A stretch of 64,000 nt of DNA from Kofleriaceae bacterium (GCA_965215005.1 CBDCCZ010000054.1:64001-128000), one strand, 5' to 3'; shown: positions 10,545 to 20,466, counted from the stretch's first letter. Numbers and translations: made by a program. Notes: a model not told the origin generated them from the letters alone.

Positions 10545-11299
10545 AGAACATCCTCATCATCTCGGGGCTCGATCCCAGCGGCGGAGCCGGATTTCTGGCT
10601 GACGCCCGCGTGGTGTTCGAGCACGGGTATCGCGCCGTGGGTGTGGTTACCGCGCTCACCGAGCAAACCACGAGCGGCGTGAGCGGCGTGACCACCAGCA
10701 GCATGGAGGTAGTCGCCGCCCAGCTTCGGGCGCTGCTAACCGATATCGAGGTGGCGGCTGTGAAAATCGGCATGCTCGGCAGCGCCGCCATGGCGCACGC
10801 CGTCGGTGAAGCGCTTGCTCTCACCTGGGCGCCGGTGGTTTGGGACCCGGTGCTGTTGCCCAGCCGCGGCCGCCTGCCGCTGTTCGTCGGCAATCCTGCG
10901 GTCGCGGTCGCCGCGCTGCGCGACCACGTCACGTTGCTCACGCCCAACATCTCCGAGGCCGTCGCTCTGGGCGAGCGAGATGAGCCGCACGCGGCGGCCC
11001 AGCGGCTGCGAGATATCGGTTTTGAGGCGGTGCTTCTCAAAGGAGGACATCGCCTCGGTGAGGAGGAGGTGGTCGACGTGCTGCTGCGAGCTGGCGAGCC
11101 AGATTTCGAGCTGCGAGGTCCGCGTATTGCGGGGGCCACGGAGATCCACGGCACCGGCTGCGCGCTCGCCACCGCGATCGCGTGTCGCTTGGCCGACTCG
11201 GTGCCACTACCGGCGGCATGTGAGGCAGGTCGAAGCTTCGTCGCGGAGCGGCTGCAGCGGCCACAGACGCCGGGACGTGGAGCGGCAGCCCTGCTATGA
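10541..11299 (+). CDS. thiD: Hydroxymethylpyrimidine/phosphomethylpyrimidine kinase
   Basis: GLDPSGGAG..AD, VKIGML, TPN, LKGGH, HGTGC; GTGA overlap with the upstream gene. Confidence 0.9.
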   Translation: MKNILIISGLDPSGGAGFLADARVVFEHGYRAVGVVTALTEQTTSGVSGVTTSSMEVVAAQLRALLTDIEVAAVKIGMLGSAAMAHAVGEALALTWAPVVWDPVLLPSRGRLPLFVGNPAVAVAALRDHVTLLTPNISEAVALGERDEPHAAAQRLRDIGFEAVLLKGGHRLGEEEVVDVLLRAGEPDFELRGPRIAGATEIHGTGCALATAIACRLADSVPLPAACEAGRSFVAERLQRPQTPGRGAAALL

Positions 11300-12294
11300 G
11301 CTCGAGCAACAAAGGCGCTGGTGGTGCACAAGAAGACATTTCCGGCACTTCGTCGCGGCGGGTCTTCCTCACCGGTGGCACCGGCTTCATCGGCTCTGCA
11401 CTGGTCCGGGCGCTCGGCGCACGCGGCGACGTGCCGGTGGTGCTCACCCGCAGCCCCGACAAAGCGCGCCAGCGGCTCGAGGCTGATACCGTCATCGTTT
11501 CCGGCGATCCCGAGCTCGGCGGCGATTGGCAATCGGAGCTGTGCGGTGCCAACGCCGTGGTGCATCTTGCTGGCGAGTCGGTGGCGAGCAAGCGCTGGAG
11601 TGCGCGACAAAAGCAGATCATCCGGGATAGCCGCGTCGAGAGCACGCGCAATCTGGTCGAAGCTCTCGCGGCGTGTCCGGCAGAGGAGCGCCCGGCCGTG
11701 CTGGTGAGCGCCTCTGGGGTCGACTATTATCCGTTTTCCCACGAGCTCGGGCTCGGGGATGACGATGCGATCACCGAGTCGGATCCGCCGGGGGACTCGT
11801 TCTTGGCGCGGGTGTGCCGCGCATGGGAGCAAGAGGCGCGGGGCGCGGAGGCGCATGGAACACGCGTGGTGCGGATGCGAACCGGCCTCGTCGTCGGTCC
11901 GGGCGGGGCGCTCGACAAGATGACGACGCCGTTCAAAGCCTTCATCGGCGGCCCGGTCGGGAGCGGCGCGCAATGGATGAGCTGGATCCACCTTGACGAC
12001 GTGGTGCGCGCGTATCTACGGGCCATCGACGACGCCACGCTGACCGGCGCAGTCAACTTGGTGGCGCCGCAACCGGTGCGCGCCAAGCGGTTCTTCAACG
12101 CGCTGGGGACTGCCATGCAGCGGCCGTCGTGGCTGCCGGTCCCGGCGTTTGCTGTGCGTCTGGCGCTTGGGGAGTTTGCCGAGCACGTGCTCCACGGTCG
12201 CCGTGCCGTGCCGCAAGCGCTGCTCGCCGCAGGGTTCGAGTTTTGCTACCCCGAGGTAGCGCCGGCGTTAGAAAACGCGATCCAGAACGACTGA
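11296..12294 (+). CDS. TIGR01777/YfcH-family NAD-dependent epimerase
   Basis: TGGTGFIG, HLAGE..W, SRV.ST, WIHLDD. Confidence 0.9.
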   Translation: MSSSNKGAGGAQEDISGTSSRRVFLTGGTGFIGSALVRALGARGDVPVVLTRSPDKARQRLEADTVIVSGDPELGGDWQSELCGANAVVHLAGESVASKRWSARQKQIIRDSRVESTRNLVEALAACPAEERPAVLVSASGVDYYPFSHELGLGDDDAITESDPPGDSFLARVCRAWEQEARGAEAHGTRVVRMRTGLVVGPGGALDKMTTPFKAFIGGPVGSGAQWMSWIHLDDVVRAYLRAIDDATLTGAVNLVAPQPVRAKRFFNALGTAMQRPSWLPVPAFAVRLALGEFAEHVLHGRRAVPQALLAAGFEFCYPEVAPALENAIQND

Positions 12295-12333
12295 GGCAGC
12301 CATCGCGAGCATATTCGCGCGCCGCGTCTCCGC

Positions 12334-13917
12334 TCAGCGTGCCGGCGCAAGCTCATACTTTTGCACCAGGCGGATGAGGTTGCGGCGAGAGATCTTGAGC
12401 TCGGCCGAGGCTCGGGTCTTGTTCCACTTGTTGCGCTCGAGAGCCTCGAAGATCATCCGCCGTTCGAGACCTTTCACCGCCTCGGGAAGCGAGTCTGAGC
12501 GAATCAGGGCGCTGCTACTATCGCCCCGTTGGCGCTGCTCGCGAATTCGCATCGACAGCAGCGACGGACCGATGGTCGCCTCGTCGCCCGATAGCACCAC
12601 GAGTCGCTCGACCTCGTTCTCGAGCTCACGGACGTTGCCCGGCCACCCATACGACAACAGCAGCTGCTTACACTCGGTTGAGAGGCGCTTGCTCTTGCCA
12701 TGACGAGCATGCTTCTCGAGAAAGTGCTCGAACAAGATCTCGATATCCTCGCGGCGCTCACGCAGCGGAGGAATCAACAGGTTGATTACGTTGATGCGGT
12801 AGTAGAGATCCTCGCGGAACTCTCCGCGGTCAACCATGCCTTTGAGGTCGCGATTGGTCGCAGCGATGATGCGCACGTCGACCTGGCGCATCTCGGTGTC
12901 GCCCACCGGCGTAAAGGTGCCCTCTTGCAGAACCCGCAATACTTTCACTTGCAAGGCGGGCGACATATCGCCGATCTCATCGAGAAAGAACGTCCCCTGA
13001 TCGGCGACCTCAAAGAGCCCCTGCTTATCGGCGATGGCGCCGGTGAATGCGCCGCGGGTATGCCCAAAGAGCTCCGAATCGAGAAGGTTGTCGTTGAACG
13101 CCGAGCAGTTCGTCACGATGAAACGCCGCGTCTTGCGCGGTGAGTTGAAGTGAATGGCGCGCGCGACCAGCTCTTTACCGGTGCCGTTTTCACCTTGAAT
13201 GAGCACCGTGGAGTCTGAGAGCACCACGCGATCCAAGATGCTGTAGAGGTCTTGCATCGGCCCGGACCTGCCGATGATGGCGTCGTAGCTGTAGCGGGTC
13301 GCGAACTCTTCTTCGAGGCCGGCCGCGCTCTGGCGCACCACCGGTGCGGCGACGTTGGCGACCTCGAGGGCGGCTTCGCGCACCAGCTCGGCCACGTAGG
13401 AGAGATCGCGCTCGTCGAGCCATGGGTGCTCATCGCGTGCGGCTAGATATTCGGCCGGTGCCAGCGCCAACGATGCGGTGCGGTGATCGACCATTGCAAA
13501 GGCGGCGCTGTGGTTGATGCCTCCGGCGACGAAGAAGCCGCCGCACAAGAGCGCGCCGTGCACCCGACCATCGATGACGATCGGCGCTGCCAGCTCGGTG
13601 AGGCCGGCGTGGCAACCTATGCGAATCGGCTCGACGGAGGGCTCGCCGTCGCTGTTGCGGGCAGCCTCGATCAGCCGCCGGATGGTCTCACCCGCACTCG
13701 CCTGGCAGGCGCGCTCGCCCGCTTCGCGGTCGCCGATGACCTGGCACAAACCACGCGGGCCGGCGTGATGGCTGGTTCGAGGCGGGCGCCGCTCACCGCT
13801 GGCTGCATCGACATACCCAAACCCCAAGCGCCAGCGTCGGCTGGCGATCTTCGCCACCTTCTTGACGACATGAAGCTGGAGCAATTCGCTCCATGGAAGG
13901 CCGGATCGCGGAGGCAA
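12334..13917 (-). CDS. Sigma54 enhancer-binding protein with N-terminal PocR-like sensor
   Basis: [28 protein letters not shown], Fis HTH; N-terminal C..CHAGL..AAPI pattern. TTG 13917 after GGAG is a tentative start. Confidence 0.85.
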   Translation of the reverse strand: MPPRSGLPWSELLQLHVVKKVAKIASRRWRLGFGYVDAASGERRPPRTSHHAGPRGLCQVIGDREAGERACQASAGETIRRLIEAARNSDGEPSVEPIRIGCHAGLTELAAPIVIDGRVHGALLCGGFFVAGGINHSAAFAMVDHRTASLALAPAEYLAARDEHPWLDERDLSYVAELVREAALEVANVAAPVVRQSAAGLEEEFATRYSYDAIIGRSGPMQDLYSILDRVVLSDSTVLIQGENGTGKELVARAIHFNSPRKTRRFIVTNCSAFNDNLLDSELFGHTRGAFTGAIADKQGLFEVADQGTFFLDEIGDMSPALQVKVLRVLQEGTFTPVGDTEMRQVDVRIIAATNRDLKGMVDRGEFREDLYYRINVINLLIPPLRERREDIEILFEHFLEKHARHGKSKRLSTECKQLLLSYGWPGNVRELENEVERLVVLSGDEATIGPSLLSMRIREQRQRGDSSSALIRSDSLPEAVKGLERRMIFEALERNKWNKTRASAELKISRRNLIRLVQKYELAPAR

Positions 13918-14008
13918 GGCTCCAGAGCGTGACAAGGAGTCACACCAAAAGCAAGCGCCCGGCTGCAATTGCGGCGCGCCGCTCGCGTCCGCGCGAGAGC
14001 GAGCGCGG

Positions 14009-14665
14009 CTACGGCGGTAAGTCGACCGCGTGTCGCAAGGCGGCGCGGTTCTCCGCCCAGGCGGCGTCATCTTCCATGAACGGCACCTCGAGAGTGACAA
14101 CTTCGAGACCGCGGTCCACGCCGTACTTCGAGCCAAGCGAGCCTGGCGTTGCGTAGCCGATGTCGGCGGAGGCGCCGTAGCCGTTGTGTGCGGCCATCTC
14201 TTCGGCGAGCGCTTGGCCGGCGCCGTCCCAGTTGACGGTGCGAAACGGCTGGTGAATCGCCAGGAGCCGCCGTGGAGTAACGCGCTCGATGAGCGCCGTG
14301 AGTGCCTCGACCTCGGGCTCGGACTCCGGCGCAAGGCCTGGCCGATAACCGGCCTTGTGCTGCGCAGTCCAATTGCGCGCGGCGAAGTTGCGGTTCAGGT
14401 CCACGTCGTTGGCGTTGTTCTTGGTGCCTGCAGCGAGGCCATCGCCGTTGAGCGCAAAGATGATCCACGTGTCGCGGCCGGGCGGCCGCTCGATCAGCTC
14501 CTCGGCCAGTCGCAGAAGCAGCACCGCGCCAATGGGCTCATCGCCGTGAATGGCGCCAAACAAGATCGCGGGGTCGCGAGGGCGAGCGTAGCTCGGAGGC
14601 GCAAAGTGCACCGCGGTGATTGGCCGTCCCAGGACCGTGGTGCCGATGTCTAGCTCGCGCCTCAG
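14009..14665 (-). CDS. mpaA: M14 zinc carboxypeptidase, murein peptide amidase A-like
   Basis: IHGDE, NGDG, NANDVDLNRNF, SEPE, GYATPGSLG, TLE. Start inferred at CTG 14665. Confidence 0.8.
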   Translation of the reverse strand: MRRELDIGTTVLGRPITAVHFAPPSYARPRDPAILFGAIHGDEPIGAVLLLRLAEELIERPPGRDTWIIFALNGDGLAAGTKNNANDVDLNRNFAARNWTAQHKAGYRPGLAPESEPEVEALTALIERVTPRRLLAIHQPFRTVNWDGAGQALAEEMAAHNGYGASADIGYATPGSLGSKYGVDRGLEVVTLEVPFMEDDAAWAENRAALRHAVDLPP

Positions 14666-16200
14666 GCGTGCTCCAGCGTCTTGCCAACGATGGTGGCGCC
14701 GCCGTACGCGGTGAGGCCGAGCCACGCCGCCTGCGCCAGTGGCAGAAGTATCGTGGCGCCGAAGCGCTCGGCGAGCACCGCGCCGGGCGCAGTTGCGAGC
14801 GCGACGTGCAGCACCGCGACCACCAAGCCGAGAAAAATCCACGCCCACGCCAGCGGGACGCCGGCGCCGCTCGATGACGGCGGCATCCACACGAGAAGGG
14901 ACAGCACCGCCAACACCGCGGGCAACAGCCCGAGGAAGGCGTCGAGCTTGTGGCTTCCGGGCGTGGCGCCGAGGGCCTCGATGCGCTCGAGCAGCGAAAC
15001 TCCCCCTTCGGCGGGCAACAGCAGGCCGAGTAACACCAGCACGGCGCCGGCGCTGACGAGCAGCCGCGGCGCGAGATGGTCGCGGTAGACGCTGCGCGCG
15101 ATGAGGCCGATGGTAACCGCCGCCACCCCAAGCACGCCCAGCAGGCTCTGCCACGAGGTGGTTTCCGCGGGTCCGAGATACATCAGCGGGCCCATGGCGA
15201 TGAGCAACGCGATGATCCCGCGCCCGAGCGTCGCCAGCGGCAGCAAGCTGATGACCACCGCGAGCCCCCCCGAGCCCAATAGCAGCAGCGGCAACACCTT
15301 GGCGGGCATCGCTTCGCCGCTGAAGCCGGTGAAGGCAAACTGCACCGTGGGCACGAACGACCATGGCAACACGGCCGTGGCGAGAAGCGTAGCGCCCAGC
15401 GCCAGCATCACGGTGCGCAGCGTTTGCTCCCACGGGTCGATCGGCGCATTCAAGCGCGCCGCAGTCTGCGAGGCCAGATAGGGCGGCTCGCTCGGTGGCA
15501 GCGCTTGCGCCTGGCTATCAGAGTACGAAACCGGCGGCGGCGGCCCATGAGCGCCCGCGTTGGCGGGACTGTAGGCCAAGGTTCCGCCGGTGCCGGCGAT
15601 GATGGTCTGGGTGGTGGGGCCAGCGGGCGCGGCGCTGCTCGCTAGCGGAGGCTGCGCCGGCGGCGGGCCCTGCAGCTCGTGCTGCGCCAGGTGCTGCGAT
15701 GATGCGCCAGGGGAGGCTGCCGCGTCCGGTGCTGGCCCTGTCGGCTGCGCGATGATCGTGCGCTGGCTGGCGGCGCTAGTCGAGGAGACGCCCGGCGGCA
15801 GCGGCGCGACCAACGTCGTCTGCGAAGCTCGCGCGGCGGCATCATCATTAATAGGAGGATGCGCGGCGGCAATTTCGCCCTGCACAGCGGTGGGCGCGGA
15901 GGGGGCAGCCCAGAGGCGGTCCTGGGATTGGTGGGGCGCGTTCGCTGGCGGTCCGTCGGAGGGTTGGCGCCCGGGGCCGTCCGCTGCGTCACGGGAATCG
16001 CTGCTGTCCGCGGCGTCCGTTGCGCGGTTGTCGGCTTCGGCTTCTGGGTTGCGATTCGCCCCGGCCGCCTCCGCGCCACCGATATATCCGAGCATCGTTT
16101 GGCCCAGCGCCGCCACCGGAGCCGGCTGCTTGGTGCCGCAAAACACGCAGTGCAGCGCGGTGTCGGGGAGCTCTTTGGTACAACTTACGCAGGTCTTCAC
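14662..16200 (-). CDS. Zinc-ribbon, Pro-rich linker, multi-pass membrane protein
   Basis: CVSC..CVFCG N-terminus, disordered region, about 8 hydrophobic segments. Confidence 0.8.
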   Translation of the reverse strand: MKTCVSCTKELPDTALHCVFCGTKQPAPVAALGQTMLGYIGGAEAAGANRNPEAEADNRATDAADSSDSRDAADGPGRQPSDGPPANAPHQSQDRLWAAPSAPTAVQGEIAAAHPPINDDAAARASQTTLVAPLPPGVSSTSAASQRTIIAQPTGPAPDAAASPGASSQHLAQHELQGPPPAQPPLASSAAPAGPTTQTIIAGTGGTLAYSPANAGAHGPPPPVSYSDSQAQALPPSEPPYLASQTAARLNAPIDPWEQTLRTVMLALGATLLATAVLPWSFVPTVQFAFTGFSGEAMPAKVLPLLLLGSGGLAVVISLLPLATLGRGIIALLIAMGPLMYLGPAETTSWQSLLGVLGVAAVTIGLIARSVYRDHLAPRLLVSAGAVLVLLGLLLPAEGGVSLLERIEALGATPGSHKLDAFLGLLPAVLAVLSLLVWMPPSSSGAGVPLAWAWIFLGLVVAVLHVALATAPGAVLAERFGATILLPLAQAAWLGLTAYGGATIVGKTLEHA

Positions 16201-16293
16201 GATTCGTGCCTCCAGGCTGCGTAAACCCGCTGGAGCAAAGGAAACGTTGGGGCCCCGCACGCGGCCAGGAGTATAGGCGATGCGGCCGCGAAG

Positions 16294-17628
16294 GTGTCAA
16301 TCGGTGCTACCGTGCAAGACGTGGCAACCGTCGGGGAACTAAAGACCCACGCGACGCGACGATTCGCCAATGGCGACGCGGCCAGCGCTCTGCGCCTCTA
16401 CGACGCGGTGGTGGCCGCCGCGCCGCTCGACTACGAAGCGCGTTTGCGCATCGCCGACTGCCTCACCGCGCTTGGTCACAGCGATGCCGCGGCGCCCGTA
16501 TATCGCGCCGTGGCGTGGTATGCGATGAAGTCGGGTCATCCACTGGTTTCCGTGGTGTGCGCGCGGGTGCTCGAGTCGCTGGGCGCCGAGCACGAGGATC
16601 TCGCCACTGCCCTCGTCGTGCAGTACGGCAGCGACTCTGAGCTCATCGGCTCCTTTGCTGCGCGGGTGAGCCTGCCGCCGGCAACGCTCGAGCTGGAGGC
16701 GCCGGAGTTGCGAGCGCCGCCGACAGCAGATTGGCTGGCCGAAGTCGCCGCCCGCGCGGTGCACTGCTGCGACGACTTCGATGCCTTCCCCGAGGTGCTG
16801 CACCCGATTCCGCTGTTGTCCAGCATGTCCGAGGCTGCCTTTCGCCGCGTCCTGGCCACGCTGGTGGTTCGGCGCTTGCCGCACGGCGAGCAGGTGGTGC
16901 GCCAAGGGGATCCTGGCGCGTCGTTCTACTTCGTGGCAACCGGCGAGGTCCGCGTGTGTAGCGCCACCGCCGAGGGCCAACGCGAGCTGGCTCGATTGCA
17001 CGAGAATGCCTTGTTCGGCGAGATGGCGCTGCTCAGCGCGCAGCCGCGCAGCGCTTCGGTAGAGGTGCTGGGGGAGGCCGACCTCCTGGAGGTTACGCGC
17101 GCGTCGCTGGCGGCCCTGGCTGATGAGCTGGCGCCGGTGGCGCAGGCGCTGCACGGCTTCACGCGCGAGCGTCTGATCAAGAATTTGATGGCCCAGAGTC
17201 CTCTGTTCCGGCCATTCGACCGCACGCAGCAGCGCGAGCTCCTCCGCCGCTTTACCAGCCACGACGTCGCCGCCGGCGCCGCCATCATCGGCGAGGGCGA
17301 AGAAGGGCGAGGGCTGTTTTTGGTGCTGTCGGGAGAGGTCGAGGTGACCACCCGCGATGATCAGGGCGAGTCTGTCGCGCTGGCCAAGCTGGGTGCTGGC
17401 GACGTGTTTGGCGAGATATCGCTGTTGCGCGGTGGCGCTACGACCGCCTCGGTCATCGCCGTGCAGCCGACCACGGTGCTTTTTCTGGCTCGCGATTATG
17501 TCGAGCGGATCGTCGCGGGTGTGCCGGAGATCGGCCAGTATCTGGCCGCGTTGGCCGAGGACCGTGCCCTCGACCGCGAGCTTGCGCGGGACCGCGACGA
17601 GGACTCGCAGGTCGTCGTGCTCTTCTAG
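16294..17628 (+). CDS. Protein with TPR-like N-terminus and two cyclic-nucleotide-binding domains
   Basis: FGEMALL...PRSASV and FGEISLL...TTASV cassettes. Confidence 0.85.
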   Translation: MSIGATVQDVATVGELKTHATRRFANGDAASALRLYDAVVAAAPLDYEARLRIADCLTALGHSDAAAPVYRAVAWYAMKSGHPLVSVVCARVLESLGAEHEDLATALVVQYGSDSELIGSFAARVSLPPATLELEAPELRAPPTADWLAEVAARAVHCCDDFDAFPEVLHPIPLLSSMSEAAFRRVLATLVVRRLPHGEQVVRQGDPGASFYFVATGEVRVCSATAEGQRELARLHENALFGEMALLSAQPRSASVEVLGEADLLEVTRASLAALADELAPVAQALHGFTRERLIKNLMAQSPLFRPFDRTQQRELLRRFTSHDVAAGAAIIGEGEEGRGLFLVLSGEVEVTTRDDQGESVALAKLGAGDVFGEISLLRGGATTASVIAVQPTTVLFLARDYVERIVAGVPEIGQYLAALAEDRALDRELARDRDEDSQVVVLF

Positions 17629-17702
17629 TACGACGGCTTTACAGCGCCCCCTTCGGCGATGGTTGCTTGCTAGCGGTTTGCGACGCGCGCCCAAACCGCT
17701 AG
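17625..17702. repeat. Short copy of the CTAG-bounded hairpin repeat family
   Basis: Shares CTAGTACGACG, GCCCCCTTCGGCG, GTTGCTT and the terminal CTAG..CTAG hairpin with the copies at 23252 and 36756. Confidence 0.75.
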
Positions 17703-17811
17703 AGGTCGCGTTCGCGGTGCGGGAGCGGCGGACGGGTCACGCCTGCCGATTGGCTGCGCCGGCTGCCTTTGCACGAGCGCCGACTTCATCAACCGGTATA
17801 ATCGAGACCAC

Positions 17812-19653
17812 ATGGACGAACGCAGCACCTCAAAGCGCAAAGGGAGCGGCCTTCTATGGCTGCTCGTGTTGGTCGCGGTCCTACTCGTGTGGTGGTACTG
17901 GCGGCCCGATGCAAATCGCGCGGTCGCTGCCTCCGACGATGCTGCCGACCGCTATGCCGATCCCGACGATATCCTCGTCGATATGGTCGATGACGTCGAT
18001 GCAGACGCCATTGCCGCCATCGAGCGCGAGCTGAATATCGAGCTCGTTCTGGTCTCGGACCAATCCTTCGACGAGCGCTTTTATCGCGCTCACGTCGAGC
18101 CCCAGCGGCGCGACGCGGTGCTCGCCGCGCTCTCCAAGAGCGGGCTGGTCGAGATTGCCGAGCCCGATGCCACGGTCTCGCTCTGGCCTTCGGAGACCTT
18201 TCGTGCACCCGCGGTGCATGATGGTTCTGGCTATCCCAACGATCCCCTCTACAAGCACCAGTGGCACCTCGACCAGATTCGCATGCCCGCGGCGTGGAAG
18301 CTTGCCGATGGCAATGGCGTCATCGTTGCCGTGCTCGATACCGGCGTGGCGTTTCAGACCCGCGAACGGTTCCACCGCGTTGAAGACTTAAACGGTGTCT
18401 CCTTCGTCAAGCCCTTCAACTTCGTCAACAACGATACGTTTGCCGAAGACGACCACGGTCACGGCACCCACGTGGCTGGCACCATTGCGCAGGTCACCAA
18501 CAACGGCATCGGCGTGGCCGGCGTAGCGCGCAACGTGAAAATCATGCCGCTCAAGGTGCTGAGCGGCTCGGGCTCCGGCTCGGTGGGCGGCATCGCCGAT
18601 GCTATCCGCTACGCGGCCGATGAAGGCGCCAAAGTCATCAACATGAGCTTGGGCGGTCGGTTTCCGTCGCGCGTGCTCAAGAAGGCTGTTGAGTACGCCC
18701 ACAGCAAAGGCGTGACGGTGGTGTGCGCGGCCGGCAACGAGAGCCGCGGCAAGGTTGGCTATCCCGCTGCCTATCCCGGGGCAGTGGCGGTGTCGGCCAC
18801 CCAGTTCGACGAAGCCACCACCTTCTACTCCAACTATGGCGTCGATATCGATATCGCAGCGCCCGGTGGCAACACGCGCATCGACCAAAACGGCGACGGC
18901 ATGCCCGATGGCGTCCTGCAGAACACCATTGCCATTCAAGATCCCAGCAAGAGCGACTATTTCGGCTTTATGGGCACCTCGATGGCGTCTCCGCACGCTG
19001 CGGGCGTGGCTGCCTTGGTGGTTGGCGAAGGCATTACCGACCCAGACGCGGTGGAGCGAATCCTCAAGTCTACGGCCCGCAAGCCGGATCGCCAGCGCTG
19101 GGATCCCGAGCGCTACGGCGCGGGCATCATCGACGCCGAGGCGGCGGTGCTGGCTGCACGGTCGAGCCAGGGCGGCTGGCAGCTACTGCTAGGCCTGCTG
19201 CTCGCGGGCGGGGTTGCCTCGTCGGTGCGCCGGCGCGGGCTTGGGGTAAGGCTCGGTCCGAGTTATCTGGGGGGCGTGATGCTCGGCGCGAGCGGGCTGT
19301 TCTTTCTCCCGTGGCTCGCAGCCGGAATGTCGTCGCTGCCCGGGATTGCGATGCTCACGCACGGCCTGCCGTCGTGGGATCTCGCTGTGCTCGGCGGCCA
19401 GGGCCATGGCAACGCGCTGTTCTTTAGCGCCCTGCTGCCACTCGGGCTGTTGGTGCTCGGGGCCGGCGTGTCTCGCTTGCGCGCGCCGCTGGCCGGTCTG
19501 GCCGTGGGCGTCGCCGGGCATCTCGTGTTTCACTTGGCAGCGCGCGTCACGGACATTCAGTACGTGCCCGGCGTGGGCCTGCTCGATGCGCTCTGGCTGG
19601 CGATGAACGCGCTGGTGTGCGTGGGTGCCGCGATGCTGGTGCTGCGCCGCTAG
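17812..19653 (+). CDS. S8 subtilisin-like serine peptidase with C-terminal multi-TM domain
   Basis: Triad VLDTG, HGTHVAG, GTSMASPH; N-terminal anchor; hydrophobic C-terminus. Confidence 0.92.
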   Translation: MDERSTSKRKGSGLLWLLVLVAVLLVWWYWRPDANRAVAASDDAADRYADPDDILVDMVDDVDADAIAAIERELNIELVLVSDQSFDERFYRAHVEPQRRDAVLAALSKSGLVEIAEPDATVSLWPSETFRAPAVHDGSGYPNDPLYKHQWHLDQIRMPAAWKLADGNGVIVAVLDTGVAFQTRERFHRVEDLNGVSFVKPFNFVNNDTFAEDDHGHGTHVAGTIAQVTNNGIGVAGVARNVKIMPLKVLSGSGSGSVGGIADAIRYAADEGAKVINMSLGGRFPSRVLKKAVEYAHSKGVTVVCAAGNESRGKVGYPAAYPGAVAVSATQFDEATTFYSNYGVDIDIAAPGGNTRIDQNGDGMPDGVLQNTIAIQDPSKSDYFGFMGTSMASPHAAGVAALVVGEGITDPDAVERILKSTARKPDRQRWDPERYGAGIIDAEAAVLAARSSQGGWQLLLGLLLAGGVASSVRRRGLGVRLGPSYLGGVMLGASGLFFLPWLAAGMSSLPGIAMLTHGLPSWDLAVLGGQGHGNALFFSALLPLGLLVLGAGVSRLRAPLAGLAVGVAGHLVFHLAARVTDIQYVPGVGLLDALWLAMNALVCVGAAMLVLRR

Positions 19654-19782
19654 CTTCCCTTCGCCCATTGCAGTTCACGAGAGCCGCGCGACGATGTCAC
19701 GCGGCTCTTCGTGCGCTCGGGCTCGGCGCTGGGGGCTCACGCTCGCCACCATTGGCGCGTGCTTCGCGGTACCGTGCCGCTC

Positions 19783-20280
19783 ATGTCGCCGCATCGTCTG
19801 GTCGTCGAGCGCCAGCAGTTCAAGTTTTCCTGTGCTCACATGACCGTTTTTCCTGACGGCAGCAAAGAGCGCTTGCACGGGCACAACTATCAGGTCGGAA
19901 TCGCCCTCGAGCTGCGCGAGGTGTCGTTTGCGACCATGATTCCCTTCGCCGACCTCAAGGCTGAGCTCGCAGCGCTGTGCGCGGAGTGGAAGGAGTACAC
20001 GTTCCTCGCCGCGAGAAACCCGTACTTCGAGCTCGTGCGTCATGACGACGACGAGGTGGAATTTCGCCTCTGCGGCAAGCGCTACGTGCTGCCTGTGGAA
20101 GACGTCAAGATCTTGCCGCTGGACAACATCTCGGTCGAGCGGCTTGCGGAGCACGTCGCTTCCCTGCTGATCGAGCGGACGCGTCGGGTGTTCGAGCGCG
20201 AGGTGGTTCTGGGCCTCGAGGTGACCGTCACGGAGAGCCCCGGGCAAGGCGCCAGCTGCTATCGACGGCTGCGCGAGTAG
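19783..20280 (+). CDS. 6-pyruvoyl-tetrahydropterin synthase/QueD family
   Basis: FSCAH, LHGHNY, S.E.LA, V.V.ESPG. Confidence 0.85.
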   Translation: MSPHRLVVERQQFKFSCAHMTVFPDGSKERLHGHNYQVGIALELREVSFATMIPFADLKAELAALCAEWKEYTFLAARNPYFELVRHDDDEVEFRLCGKRYVLPVEDVKILPLDNISVERLAEHVASLLIERTRRVFEREVVLGLEVTVTESPGQGASCYRRLRE

Positions 20281-20429
20281 GTCGCTACGACCGGTGGATA
20301 GACCCCGACCTCAGTCCGCGACGCGAGGCCGGGGGAACTGCGACATCTTTGTCAGGGCGGGCCATCGGGAATATGAACGGGTCGCCAGACGTTGCGATTA
20401 GGACCACCCAGGGTCCTAAACGATCACCG

Positions 20430-20466
20430 AAAAATGCGAAAGCCCCCGGCCTGCTGACCGGAGGCT
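20430..20466 (-). terminator. Intrinsic terminator of the candidate sRNA
   Basis: AGCCTCCGGTCAGCAGGCCGGGGGCT hairpin followed by TTCGCATTTTT on the minus strand. Confidence 0.75.

Noticed and set aside
16339..17694. Long antisense or alternate-frame ORFs (also 35-880, 7208-8107, 10516-11991, 24160-25530, 29450-30994)
   Set aside because: Shadow ORFs expected from GC-rich codon bias opposite real genes; no motifs.
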